DNA of 63,239 bases, the filler included, from Reclinomonas americana ATCC 50394 (taxonomy: Eukaryota): the NCBI GenBank assembly GCA_048213135.1. It is 24 parts of 24 records of this genome, joined end to end, with 100 filler letters (N's around TTAATTAATTAA, not from the genome) between each part and the next. Parts side by side here need not be neighbours in the genome. Positions count along the whole stretch, not along the records: positions 1 to 2,123 come from AFZH01017516.1; positions 2,224 to 7,520 come from AFZH01017518.1; positions 7,621 to 9,120 come from AFZH01017519.1; positions 9,221 to 11,778 come from AFZH01017520.1; positions 11,879 to 13,944 come from AFZH01017521.1; positions 14,045 to 16,254 come from AFZH01017522.1; positions 16,355 to 17,638 come from AFZH01017523.1; positions 17,739 to 20,839 come from AFZH01017525.1; 16 more parts are not named here. One strand, written 5' to 3'. Every line of letters begins with the position of its first letter. Positions within the stretch are counted from its first letter, which is position 1. A program made the position numbers and the translations under genes. The notes under the pieces are model-generated. The model was given only the letters and a program-made list of their open reading frames with translations, was not told the origin of the DNA and ran no database searches. Below are positions 1 to 22,293 of the stretch, piece by piece.

Positions 1-150
1 AGAAGAGAAGGGAGAAGAGAAGGGGGAAGAGAAGGGAGAAGAGAAGGGAGAAGAGAAGGAGGAAGAGAAGGGAGAAGAGAAGGGAGAAGAGAAGGGAGAA
101 GAGAAGGGAGAAGAGAAGGGAGAAGAGAAGGGAGAAGAGAAGGGAGAACG
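1..150. repeat. 12-nt purine tandem repeat (AGAAGAGAAGGG)n
   Basis: About 11 near-perfect copies; on the minus strand it forms a pyrimidine tract inside the intron of the gene at 461-562. Confidence 0.9.
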
Positions 151-460
151 AGAATGAGAACGAGAAGGAGAACGAGAAGGAAAGAAAAGAGGGAGATGAA
201 GGGAAGAAGGACAAAAATGAGGGAGAGAAATGGAAAGAGAAGAGGGAAGGGATGGGCAAATGGAGCGGCAGCAAGGGTTTATGTAAGCATGAATGAGAAG
301 AGGCAAGTGTAGACTCAGGATGCCAGTGTGTGAGAAAGGTGAAGATGGACGCAAGGACAACGACAGGCATTGAGAGTTGACTGTGAGTGAGCGGAAACCG
401 AGTGGGACGAGAATGTGGATGTTTGAAGAAGAGTGAGAATAACAAGAGGCAAGGGCAAAC

Positions 461-562
461 CTGTGCGAGTTTCATAAAGGTTTCGCGCACGACGGGCTGG
501 ATATTGACCCATTCTTCCATGCCGAGTTCCAGCGCGGAAGCGGCGAGGCGTGGTGACAACAT
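461..562 (-). CDS. First coding exon of an uncharacterised protein (3'-partial)
   Basis: MLSPRLAASALELGMEEWVNIQPVVRETFMKLAQ ends at a phase-0 GTTTG donor (460). A CAG acceptor lies 3 nt before the ATG and a GTGAGT donor at 641 (5' UTR intron). Confidence 0.5.
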
Positions 563-1471
563 GGCCTGATATCAAAGGGATGAGAGAATTAATAGCGTGA
601 CACGAGCAAGTTCTGCGATCTCAGTCCCTCTTCTCACTCACTGCCCGCTCATGATAAGAGTGAGAGAGTGCGAGAATGTGTGAGTGACAGCAAGCGCGAT
701 AAACGATCCCTTGCAGAAAGAGCAAATGAGTGACGAGGGGAGACAGCAATCAAGTTTGTGTCTCACTCAGAGTCGCACATAGACGCACAACACATAACCC
801 TGACTCTCACTCTCTCTCTCTCTTGCAAAAAACACACAAACACAAGACAATACTTCGTCTCTGTTCTCTCTCTCAGTCTCTTCGCCTCGCTGCATTCTTA
901 CGTTCCTGTCTCTCTCTCTCTCTCTCACTCACACGCACACACACACACACGAAGAAGTGACAGAGATACATGTGTGTGAGAGAGAGTGTGTTGCTCTTCC
1001 CCTCATGTCCCTCTTTGCTCCTCGCAAGCAATCTCTCTCTCTCTCTCTCTCTCTCCCTCCCACATACACTCTCTCACAGACACACAAAGAGACAAAGACA
1101 TGCCTCAATCACTCTTCACTTCCCTCTTTCTCTCACTCACATCCCTCTTTCACTCAACACACTCACCCTTCACACCTCACACTCTCTCCACTTCTCCTCC
1201 TCTCTCTCTCTCTCCCACATACACACACACACGTACAAAGACAACGCCTTGCCTCAATCACTCTTCACTTCCCTCTTTCTCTCACTAACATCCCTCTTTC
1301 ACTCAACACACTCACCCTTCACACCACACACACTCTCCACTTCTCTCGCACAATGAGTAAAAGGTGCTTGCAACGGCTACTTTTTCCGCCGCAAAATTTC
1401 CTTTGCAAAACACACACACACAGACGCACTCACTCACAGAGAAAGAGAAAGAGAAGAGTGTGTGTGAGAGA

Positions 1472-1502
<31 letters not shown>

Positions 1503-1712
1503 TGCAAATTCGTTTTGTTGTGAAGTGCGACATTGCCACTTTGTTTGTTTTTTTGTGTTTGTCTGTGTGTGTTCTTTGAAGGATGAGTGCGGGAGAGACG
1601 CCTGGTGAGTGGCTTTATGTATGCATGCGTTATGTAAGAGAGAATTGAGAGAGTGTGTTAGTGTGACAGAGAGAGAGAATTTGATATGTTGTCTGTGTGA
1701 TTTGCATGCATG

Positions 1713-1756
<44 letters not shown>

Positions 1757-2123
1757 GAGAGAGAATGAGGGTGATTCCTTCATTTTGTGATTGCATTTTT
1801 TTTGGTTGACAACTCACTGTCTTTCTCTCTTGTGTGTGCAGATGGCATTATTGCGGTGAGTGCAAGCAGAGATGAATGTGCAGTTCTCCACTCACTCACT
1901 CACTCACACACTCACTCACTCACTCACTCACTCCCGCACTCACTCACTCACTCACTCACTCTCTCTCTCACTCACTCACTCACTCACTCACTCACTCACT
2001 CACTCTCTCTCTCCCTTCTCTCACACACACACTCACTCTCTCTCTCTCTCTCACTCACTCACTCACTCACTCACTCTCTCACTCACTCACCCACCCACTC
2101 ACACACACACTCTCACTCACTCT

Positions 2124-2223
2124 NNNNNNNNNNNNNNNNNNNNNNNNNNNNNNNNNNNNNNNNNNNNTTAATTAATTAANNNNNNNNNNNNNNNNNNNNN
2201 NNNNNNNNNNNNNNNNNNNNNNN
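2124..2223. other. Artificial contig spacer (N-run, TTAATTAATTAA, N-run); first of about 23 in the window
   Basis: The same 12-mer, with stop codons in all six frames, is flanked by N runs and recurs throughout the window. Confidence 0.97.
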
Positions 2224-2423
2224 CCTCCTCTCTCCTCACTTTCTTCTCTCTCTCCTCCTCTCTCCTCACTTTCTCCTCTCTCTCATCCTCCCTCTTCCTC
2301 TCCATCTGCAACCTCACCTCGCGTGCCCTTCTCATTCCAAGCCCTTTCTCCTCCCCGTCCCCCGCTCCCCACCCTTTCCCCATTCCCCCTCCCTTTCCCT
2401 CTCGCCTTCCCCACCACCCACAG

Positions 2424-5400
2424 GACGGCGAGGAAGGCGAGGAGAACGCCAGCAACGCCGCCACCGCCGCCGACTCGGCACGCATGTCCACCCCACCCAG
2501 CGCCGCCGCCCCCGACGCCGCCCGCCAGAGTCGCGAGGCTCTTCGTCGGCAGGTGGAGGCCGAGCGGAAAAAGATCAAGGACATGGTTCGCCGCCATTCA
2601 CCCTTGCCGTGCCTCTTCCTTTTCCCTCACTTTACCCTCCCAATCACAGGAGGACGTGCTGGCCAAGATCGCCATCATGTGCCGTCACCGCCAGTTCCAC
2701 AAAATGCACCCGCTCCTGCATCCGTACGATCGCACGGCGCCCGTGGTCAAGGTGCGGCAGACGCAGCGCACGGCCGATGCCGCCGCAGCGTCGTCGGGTG
2801 GCGTCGGCAGCGCATCGTTGTCGGGCTCGACGGCCGCGTCGACCATTGGTTCATCACGCGGTGGTGGTGCCAGCGGGACCGGCAACGGTTCCACGGTCAG
2901 CGCGCGTGGTGGAGCGAGAACGGGAGCGTCGAGTGCGGCGGCGTCGGTGGCAGGTGGCGGTGGTGGTGGTGGGTCGGCGCGCTCGACCACCCCGGGTCGC
3001 ACCAGTCGCTCGCCGGGTCGCGCGCTCGCGCAGAGTCCGCGAGGTCCGTCGACGACGCCGTTCATTGAGGTGAGAACGAGGGGAAGGGGAGGGAGTGAAG
3101 GGGGAGAGGGGGAAAGGGGAAAGGGGGAGTGGAGACGACAGGGGGAGAGGAACCTCTTCTCTGTCTCCTTCTGATCTCCTCTTCGTCTCCTTGATCTTGT
3201 CTCCGTCTCTAGCTGGTCACTCCATCTTCTCCTGATCTCCTCTCCGTCTCTTCTTGATCTTATTCTTCTCTTGATCTCATCTCGGTCTCCTTTTGGTATT
3301 CTCTCTCCTGTGGATCTCTTCTCTGTTTCTTCGTGATCTTTTCTTGTTCTCCGCCTGATCTCTTGGCGGTCTCCTCGCAGTCGCCTCTTCGCCATGTTGC
3401 TCTTTCCTCTGTTTCCTCGTGATTTCCTCTGTCTCCTTCTTATTTCCTCTCCGCTGCTCGTTGATCTCCTCTCCTTCTCTTCTTGATCTCTTCTTGTTCT
3501 TCTCCTGACCGTTTCCTTTCGGTCTTTTCTTTGTTTCCTCCTGATCTCCTCTCTGTCACAGTGTATGTTCACTCCATCACCATGTGTTCTCTTTTTGTTC
3601 TCCGCCTTCTCTCCTCGCAGTCTCCTCGCAATCTCCTCTTCACCTTGTTGCTCTTTCCTCTGTTTCCTCCTGACCTCTTCTCTGTCTCCTCGTGATCTCC
3701 TCTGTCTCCTTCTGATCTCCTCTCCGCCGCTCGTTGATCTCCTCTCCGCCTCTTCCTCATGTCTCCTAACTCAGTCTCTCTGTGTCTTCTTGATCTCTCT
3801 CCACCTGATCTCTCCGTCTCCTCGTGATCTCATCTCTCAACTGCCTTTCTTGATCCCTTGTTCTTCTGTTGATAATTCAGTCTTTTTTTAATCTCTTCTC
3901 CGTCTCCTCCCCTCTGTCTCTTCTGGATGTCACAGTCTCCTCCTGATGTGTTATTCATCTTGTGGTCTCTCCTTGGTCCTGCACCTGTCTTGACCCCCTC
4001 TTTGCGTTTTCTCACCATTTCTTTCCCTCCTTCTCCCTCTCTCTTTCTCTCTCGCAGCGCCACCCCGACTACCGCTTCCAAATCGGCGATCGCGTGAGCG
4101 TCAAGTACAAGAAGCAGGACGCCACAGTGGCCTTTGTCGGCGACACGCACTTTGCCGAGGGACTGTGGTTGGGCGTCGAGTTGGATCAGCAAGGTGTGTG
4201 CAACGCTGTCCATTAACCCGCGCGCCGTCCTCATTTTGATTCGCCTGCAGTCGGTCGCAACGACGGCAGTGTGCAGGGCGTGCGCTACTTCAAGTGCCGC
4301 CACGATTACGGGCTGTTTATCCGACCGGATGCGGTGTTGCGATGCAGGGTTTGTAACTGCGGTCACGATATGCCTCACAAGCAAGTGCTCACTCCTTCCA
4401 GCGACCGGAGATCGATCCACAATCGGGTGCGTATCGGAACCGCGGCACGTCGTCACCTGCGCTGGATCTGTCGAGCAGCATTGTGGGGACTGGCACGCCG
4501 GGGTCGACTCGTCGCACTCCGCGGCGACCAGAGAGCTCGTCCAAGTCGGCAGCGGCGGGTCGCACGCCCGATTCGTCGAGTCGGAGTGTGAGTCCCGGGA
4601 CGCGGCAGCGGTCGTCGGCGGGAAAGTCGGTGGGTGGAGGGGGAGGGAAAGGAAGGGAAGGGAAGGGAAGGGAAGGGAAAAGATACAGCCTGTTCTTTCT
4701 CAGAGATATGACTGCACGCGCACGCTTGCTTGCGTGCGTGTGCCAGAATCACTTCATTCTTCTCTTGTATCCCTTTGAGTAGTTTCGATTGTGTGTCTTT
4801 TCGTCTGATTTACATGTTTGAAGTTGCACACGCGCGCTTGCGCGCGTGTGCTAAGTTCGTTCGTGTTTCATGTGTGTCTGCGTTGGCTGTTATCTTGTCA
4901 TTGTTTCTTGTAGAGAATTTTACTATGACTGTTGGGCGTCTGCTTTCACGTTTAAATTGCACACGCGCGCTTTCGCGCGTGTGCAAAGTTCTCCTCTGTG
5001 TTTCATGTGTGGCTGCGTTGACTGTTGTTTATGATAGTTTCTTTGCAGAGAGTTTGACCATGAATGTTTGGCGTCTGCTTACGTGTTTAAATTGCACGCG
5101 CGCGCTTGCGCGCGTGTGCTAAGTTCTCCCTTGTGTTTCATGTGTGGCTGCATTGGCTGTTGTCTTGTTATGGTTTCTTGCAGAGATTTTTGCCCACGTA
5201 TGTTGGGCGTCTGTTTTGTACGTTTAAATTGCACACGCGCGCTTGCGCGCGTGTGCTAAGTTCACCCTTGTGCTTCGTGTGTGGCTGCGTTCGCTGTCGT
5301 CTGTGATAGTTTCTTTGCAGAGAGTTTGACCATGAATGTTGGGCGTCTGCTTTCACGTTTAGAATTGCACGCGCGTGCTTGCGCGCGTGTGCTAAGTTCA

Positions 5401-5930
5401 CCCTTGTGTTTCGTGTGTGGCTGCGTTGGCTGTTGTCTTGTCGTAGTTTCTTTGCAGGGTGTTTCGCACGTATGTTGGGCTCTGCTTGTCACGTATATAA
5501 TTGCACGAGTGCGCTTGCACGCGTGTGCTTAGCCCACGATCACCGTCCTCACCGCTGTCGATGGTGTTGCACTGAGCTGTTAATGTGTGCGGATTGCTTC
5601 TGCTATTTATGTTCAAAAGTGCACGCGCGCGCTTGCGCGCGTGTGCTAAGTTCACTCCACTGTTTCTTTTGTGGCTGTGTTGACTGTTGTCTGCAACAGA
5701 TGTTGTTTGTGTTCGTGTGCTGGTTCCCTCTGCTTCACGTTTGTTGCTGCTACGTGCGTGTGCCAGCATCACGCCATTCTTTTCTCCTGTCTGCGTAATG
5801 ATGCCATCCGTGATGTATTCTTTGAAAAGAGTCATGTTCGTCTTTGTGGAATCGCCTCTGGGTGTACGCAAGCGTGCGTGTGCCAGAATCACGCGTTTCA
5901 TTTGCGGTGTCCGCATCGACTCCCTCTATG

Positions 5931-6014
<84 letters not shown>

Positions 6015-6992
6015 TCTCTTCTTCTCTCTCTCTCTCTCTTATTTCTTTCTTCTTACTTTCTTTTTCTGTCTCTGTCTCTGTCTCTCTCTCTCCTTCTTCT
6101 TTCTTTGGCACATATTTACACACACTTTGCTATTCACCCTCTCTCTATCACGATTACTCTCTGCATCCTTCCTGTTCTCTTTCCCTCTCTCCTTCTCCCT
6201 CTCCCCTTCTCCTGCCCTCTCCCTCCCCTTCTCCCTCCCTCTCTCCTTCTCCCTCTCCCCTCTCCTTCTCGTTTCTCATCACTTTGCCCTTTCCGCAGAC
6301 CTCCGCCTCCTCCTCCCGCAACAGCACCCCCGGACGTCGCGAAAAGTCAAAGGACGCCGCACCACCCTCTGCAGAAAAGACGCCACGACAGTCGTCGCCC
6401 ACCAAGTCTCGCTTCCGCCTGACACCTCGAGGTTCGAAGTGTGTCCTCTCTCCTCCCTTAACTTCTCTTCCCTCAACTCCTTTCCTTACAGCGGGCGAAA
6501 TGACACAATCGTGGCGCGTCTTCTACTTCCACTCGTACGGCGATCTCGCGGCCTGGGTGCCTGAGGCGTTGAAGGAGGAACTCGGCACCGTGTACGGCAT
6601 GCCGATTCACGAACCCGGTGCGTGTCATCGCTGCTCTTCTTCCTTCCCCTCACATCCCCCTCACGCTCACTCTCTCTCTCCCTATGTGCCGCGCAGCCAT
6701 TCGACGACTGGCGGGCGACGTGTGCAAGTACGGCAGTGCGTCGGCCAACGATGCCGTGCGCTCGTGCGTGGTCACGGTGAAGCTCGGCACGCTGGCGTCG
6801 GCGCTGAAGGGACCCGAGTCGCCGACGCACGGCCCCGTGGCCACCGCCTCACCAGTGATGCGGGCGGAGCGATCGCTCACTATTTCGGTCATGGGCAACG
6901 AGCGCATGATTCGTGAATGGATTCGGAGTGCGCGTGGTAGCGTCTCGTCGCTGTCAGCAACAGCGGCGAGCGCGGGAAGTGGCAGTGCGTAA
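2424..6992 (+). CDS. CAP-Gly domain protein (5'-partial, at least 8 exons)
   Basis: Exons at about 2424-2585, 2650-3069, 4058-4193, 4251-4333, 4402-4629, 6299-6431, 6492-6617, 6698-6992. Spliced [59 protein letters not shown] matches CAP-Gly with a GKNDG-type motif. The rest is Ser/Pro/Arg-rich. Confidence 0.9.
4713..5892. repeat. Intronic minisatellite, unit about 135 nt, each unit carrying the palindrome GCACACGCGCGC-TT-GCGCGCGTGTGC
   Basis: Palindrome copies start at 4826, 4959, 5094, 5231, 5367, 5503 and 5621. The intervening sequences are homologous to each other. GCGTGCGTGTGCCAGAATCAC occurs at both ends (about 4732 and 5872). Confidence 0.9.
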
Positions 6993-7114
6993 TGTTTTGT
7001 TGACGTGCTGCTGCTGATGTTGTTGTTGTTTTGGGAGAGGCTTGAAGAAAAAAGTACAAGAGTTGCAGAAAAAACGGAGGATTCATTGGGGCGAGGGTTT
7101 TCTGTCACGGGATT

Positions 7115-18083
<10,969 letters not shown>

Positions 18084-18336
18084 GATGGATGTATTTTCCT
18101 GCGTGGGACACAAGGGGTCTATGCAATGCGTGTCCTTGTTTTGGGAAGAGTGGAAGAGGAAGCGATTCTGGTGCTGATGCAGACCCAGCTTAAACGAGTT
18201 CAGCGTCGACGTCTGCGTACGGCTGCTGAAATCAATGCGCCACGAAATCCTTTTGAGGCCAACACGCGTTTGATTGGCTTTGTCTCCTGAAAGGGAAGAT
18301 GAAGTGTGTTTGTACATTGTTGGTGTGCCAAGGCCA

Positions 18337-18402
18337 TTGTCGGCAAGGGATTTGTGGACATTTGTCGCATTATTGGAATGTGGTGAATGAAGTGTTTTGT
18401 TT
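18337..18402 (-). promoter_or_regulatory. Bipartite conserved upstream element, copy A
   Basis: 18-nt and 19-nt blocks identical to the copy at 29994-30059, in the same orientation relative to the downstream gene (GH31 ATG at 18083). Function unknown. Confidence 0.45.
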
Positions 18403-18494
18403 GTCGATGCATATGTGTCTGCAAGACATACGCATTACTGCAGTGTAGTGACAGAAGTGTTTTTTTGTTTCACACCGAAGAAAGAAACGAAAAA

Positions 18495-19506
18495 TCACGC
18501 ATGCCCAGAAGGAGCACTGGCGTGAAACGTGGCAGACATTGGCGCAAGAGAGTCACCCGCCACCTGCTGTTGTTGGCGTCGCTCGTCTTCCTGCTTGCGC
18601 CGCTGGTTGAGTTCAGCCAAAATCGCAAACAAAGCAAACGCAATCGCCGCCAACAAAAGGATCACGAATACAGAAAACCACGGAATGGAGCCAACGAAAT
18701 TAAAGTAGCCACGGTATAAAAGGAGCCAACCACCCAAGATGGCACCGTAGCCGGATTCGAGCATGACAAACAAAATCCACATGGGCAGCGGCGGAAACCC
18801 CGCATTGACCACGCAGCACCAGATGCACACCATCATCAATGGCGTCCTCGGCACGGGGACAGTGTTGAGGCACGTGCACAGAAACCGTTGCGCCAGCGTA
18901 ACATCTGAGTTTTGAGCCTGTGGCACAATCAAGATGCGGGCACATCGGTCGACGACAGCGTTGACGACCACAGTTGCAATCGTGCAGATGGCCATGAGCT
19001 TGAGCAACCGCAGCCAAGAGGCCTCGTCGGGAACCACATCATCCTGTACACGATCGATACCGCTTCGTGGTCCAAAGGGCAGACTGGCACCAAAACCCCA
19101 CACCTCGATAGCGGCGGCCGCACACGCCACCACGAAAACAGCGAGCGTCACGATGGAATCAGTTTTCAATCGCCCCACGCTCTGCGTCTGTCGGAGCAAA
19201 TTCGCGTGGAAGAATGACGAGGCCGGAAGAATGAACTGCGCGGGAAACAGACAGGAGGTGGGGAATTATGCGCAGCGCACAGAAAGAAGAGAAAGCGCAC
19301 TACATATGCACGCGTGGACTTACCATTTTCAACGCCAAGGAGGTCGCAAACATCGCCGTGGTGGCCACCACCCAGGAGTAGTTGTGCGTCAGCGCCCAGA
19401 AGAAGGCTGCCGTGGCAAACTGGTCGCCAATTACGTTCAGACGGCCCCACCCGACAAGGAAGACTTGTACCGTGACATACGCCCACCCACGTGCGTCGAC
19501 GTCCAT
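18495..19506 (-). CDS. Uncharacterised multi-pass membrane protein (2 exons)
   Basis: MDVDARGWAYVTVQVFLVGW..ALKM, then a GTAAGT..CAG intron (about 19323-19237), then FILPASSFFHANLLRQ.. with several hydrophobic segments and a charged/Gln-rich tail; TGA stop. Confidence 0.7.
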
Positions 19507-20668
19507 TGTTCTCTGCAGGGAGGGGAACAAGCACTACATGAGCTCGAGGGTCTCCTGTACAAATTGTACACAAAGTAGCGCGGGCGGGAAGGAGGGGGGG
19601 GGGGGGGGGGGGGGGGCGGTGAAGGGGGGCACTGCTCATAGCTATCCCGATGCAGAGAGGAGACGAGTCACGGGAAGAGTAGAGCAAGAGAGAGAGCTCG
19701 AGAGAAGAGGCATAAGGCAGTGAATGAAGACGACTATAAGGCAATGATAGTGAGGGAAGGGAGAAGGGAGAAGAGAGGGGAAGAGAAGGAGGAGGAGAGA
19801 TGGAGAATTGCAACACCAAATACAATGAGAAGATGAAGTGATGATGACGAAGAGTTGAACATCAGGCCACAGTACACACAGCACAACACACAAGAGAGAC
19901 ACGCTTGGGTTCAGACAACAAAGACTGTGGATCTTACTCCGCCCGCACCCCCCGGCCCCATTGCAAACAAAGGCCACACACATGCACGCAACACCACCTT
20001 CATCCACCAACAAACAAGCAATCAGGCGCACAGCACATATCATCATGGGTAGTTTCCCACTTCCCACACACACACGCACGCACGCGCGCACACACACACT
20101 TGCACGCGTACGTCACACACACATACACACACACACACACTCTTGTACGTCACACACACATGCACACGCGCAAGAAAACAATCACCACTCAGTTTCGGTC
20201 TGCTCACCAAAGGCCACTAAGCACGATCAAACACAAGAGTCACATATGAGTAGCAGCGGGAGGACGGACGTCAACTTGACAATTCAATCAAGACTCGACC
20301 ATTACTGCAAGATACACTGTACATGCACCTCGTTTGGCAGCTGCACAGCATCACGTCGACGTGATCTCCTCGCCTGCTCCCGGTGAGAAAGCGACTAACA
20401 GATGACACAAAAGGGATTCCAACTCACCGACATCTCATTTCGCAGAAAATGGATCCCGGCACAACCTGTCAAATGTCAGATTTGCCGTCCACGCCTTTTG
20501 CTCTTTCGTGACCCAACGACGCAGTCTGTAGTAGACAGGCTCCTGATTACAACGTCTTCTGCTGGTTCACTGGTCTTCAAGAGCCGGGTCAACTGAAGAG
20601 GACAACAGGACGGAGGGGGGTTTGCCGTGTAGTGATTGCCAATCAAACACAACTTCGCCAGTGAGTGA

Positions 20669-20789
20669 ATGAAGATTGACGTGCACGGCGACGGCAGTGT
20701 CACTGAGTGGACACTCATTGAGCTGCAAGGCGAACTGGAGGTCAAGCAGCCTGCAACGGGTGCGTGCGAGAGAGAGAGAGAGAGAAAGA

Positions 20790-20831
<42 letters not shown>

Positions 20832-20939
20832 GAGGAGGTNNNNNNNNNNNNNNNNNNNNNNNNNNNNNNNNNNNNNNNNNNNNTTAATTAATTAANNNNN
20901 NNNNNNNNNNNNNNNNNNNNNNNNNNNNNNNNNNNNNNN

Positions 20940-20991
<52 letters not shown>

Positions 20992-22063
20992 AGAAGAGAG
21001 AGAGAGAGAGAGGAGGGGAGAGGGGGGGGGAGTGAAACTCAAGTCCCCTGTTAGAGGCAGTAGGGAAGCTCGCCATTCTTGCAGAGAAGGACAGGCGGTT
21101 CTGCTCGGGCTCGAGAAAGCCAGCGTACTGTTCGATCTCAGTCTCTTGCGTAGAGTAGGAAGCAAGCGATCAGACTGCATGAGGAAGAAGCTGTCCATCC
21201 TCACCTCTTGTGGCAAACGCCAGCGAGAAAGACTGCTGAGGGAAAGGGAAGCAGGGCAGAGAAAGACAAAGGCTTCTCCTCTATCACCCTTGGTTGCATG
21301 TGCCTCTAAAAACGGAGAGTGAATAAGGAGAAGCAGGGTTATGAAGAGAGAGAGAAAGAGAGAGATGTCAAGATACGCTCGTCTCTTTCCTGTTTCTACT
21401 ATAGAGAAGAAAGAGAGCGCTGACTGTGTATGTCTCTGCCACTCCGTCCTTGTTACATACAGAGATGGAACATCTCGAGACAACTTGCTCACCCTCTTTG
21501 TTCTGTCTTTCTGGTTTCTCATTTCGCCACTGTTTCGAGTGCAAGCTGGCATCTCGTCTCCCTCTTTCTCTCCCCTGTTTCTACTATAGACATGAAAGGC
21601 AGTGCTGACTCTGCAAATCTCCTTCTCTGTCACTTCATAGCAGCCACAAACAGAGATGAAGACTTCTCGAGACAACTTGCTCACCATCATCCTTGTTCTG
21701 TCTTCCCGTCTCTCATTTCAACACCTTTCTCCCTGTCGCAGGACGACGTGAGTCTCGTGGTGGGCACGCACGAACTGGCCGGCAAGTTGACCAAGCTCGC
21801 CAAACCGATGCTGATTCTGCGCAAGGAGGTGGTGAGTGGCGGGATGGACCGGCACTGATTACTGCTCTCCTTCCCACCCTCTTCCCCTCATCTCCCCCCT
21901 TCCCTCTTATTCGCAGCTCGACTCCACCACCTACTCCATCACCGGCATCGTCCGCGAAAAATTCCTCTTCAAAACCCGCCCCAAACCCGTCCTCTCCGCC
22001 AAATTCACCACCCCGCGCGTCTCAGCCTCCATGATGGACGCCCCCTCTGCCCCCGCCCCCTGA
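20669..22063 (+). CDS. CTF8: Chromosome transmission fidelity protein 8 (Ctf18-RFC subunit); one internal exon probably lost in the gap
   Basis: EWTLIELQGELE (20669-20759), LVVGTHELAGKLTKLAKPMLIL (21742-21828) and YSITGIVREKFLFKTRPKPV (21917-22063) match the Ctf8 motifs ELQG, G-H-L-GK---L-KP and K--FKTRPKP. Confidence 0.9.
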
Positions 22064-22293
22064 AAAAAATACACATCATCATCCCACGCGATTCATTCCT
22101 TCTCAATTGCCATTCCTCTTCCCTTCTTCATCACACAACACATGCACACCCCACGATCCAGGTGGCCCCAGCATGCTGCTTCTCCATATCAATTCCAGCT
22201 CTACCACACACGCCAGTGCGATTGAATTCTTTCTATCGAGGTCGATTCAAAAAAAAGAGCCCCCTCCCACTTTCCACTGAACCCACGAGCGCC

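Noticed and set aside
563..641. Spliced-leader trans-splicing, suggested by pyrimidine-AG acceptors just before several ATGs (562, 18083, 19506, 34017, 57547)
   Set aside because: Good cis donors exist at short-intron distance in at least two cases (GTGAGT at 641, GTAAGG at 57481), so ordinary 5' UTR introns suffice; no SL RNA was recognised.
730..2123. Many ORF-track entries with SLSL, ERER, HTHT or CVCV translations here and throughout the window
   Set aside because: They are translations of stop-poor (CT)n, (GA)n and (CA)n microsatellites in introns and intergenic DNA.
2168..2179. Recurrent TTAATTAATTAA as a biological motif or TTAA transposon target
   Set aside because: Always centred in N runs and gives stops in all six frames; it is an assembly linker.
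4826..5646. CRISPR-like array (palindromic repeats at regular spacing)
   Set aside because: Spacers are about 110 nt and homologous to each other, the array is in a spliceosomal intron, and no cas genes are present.
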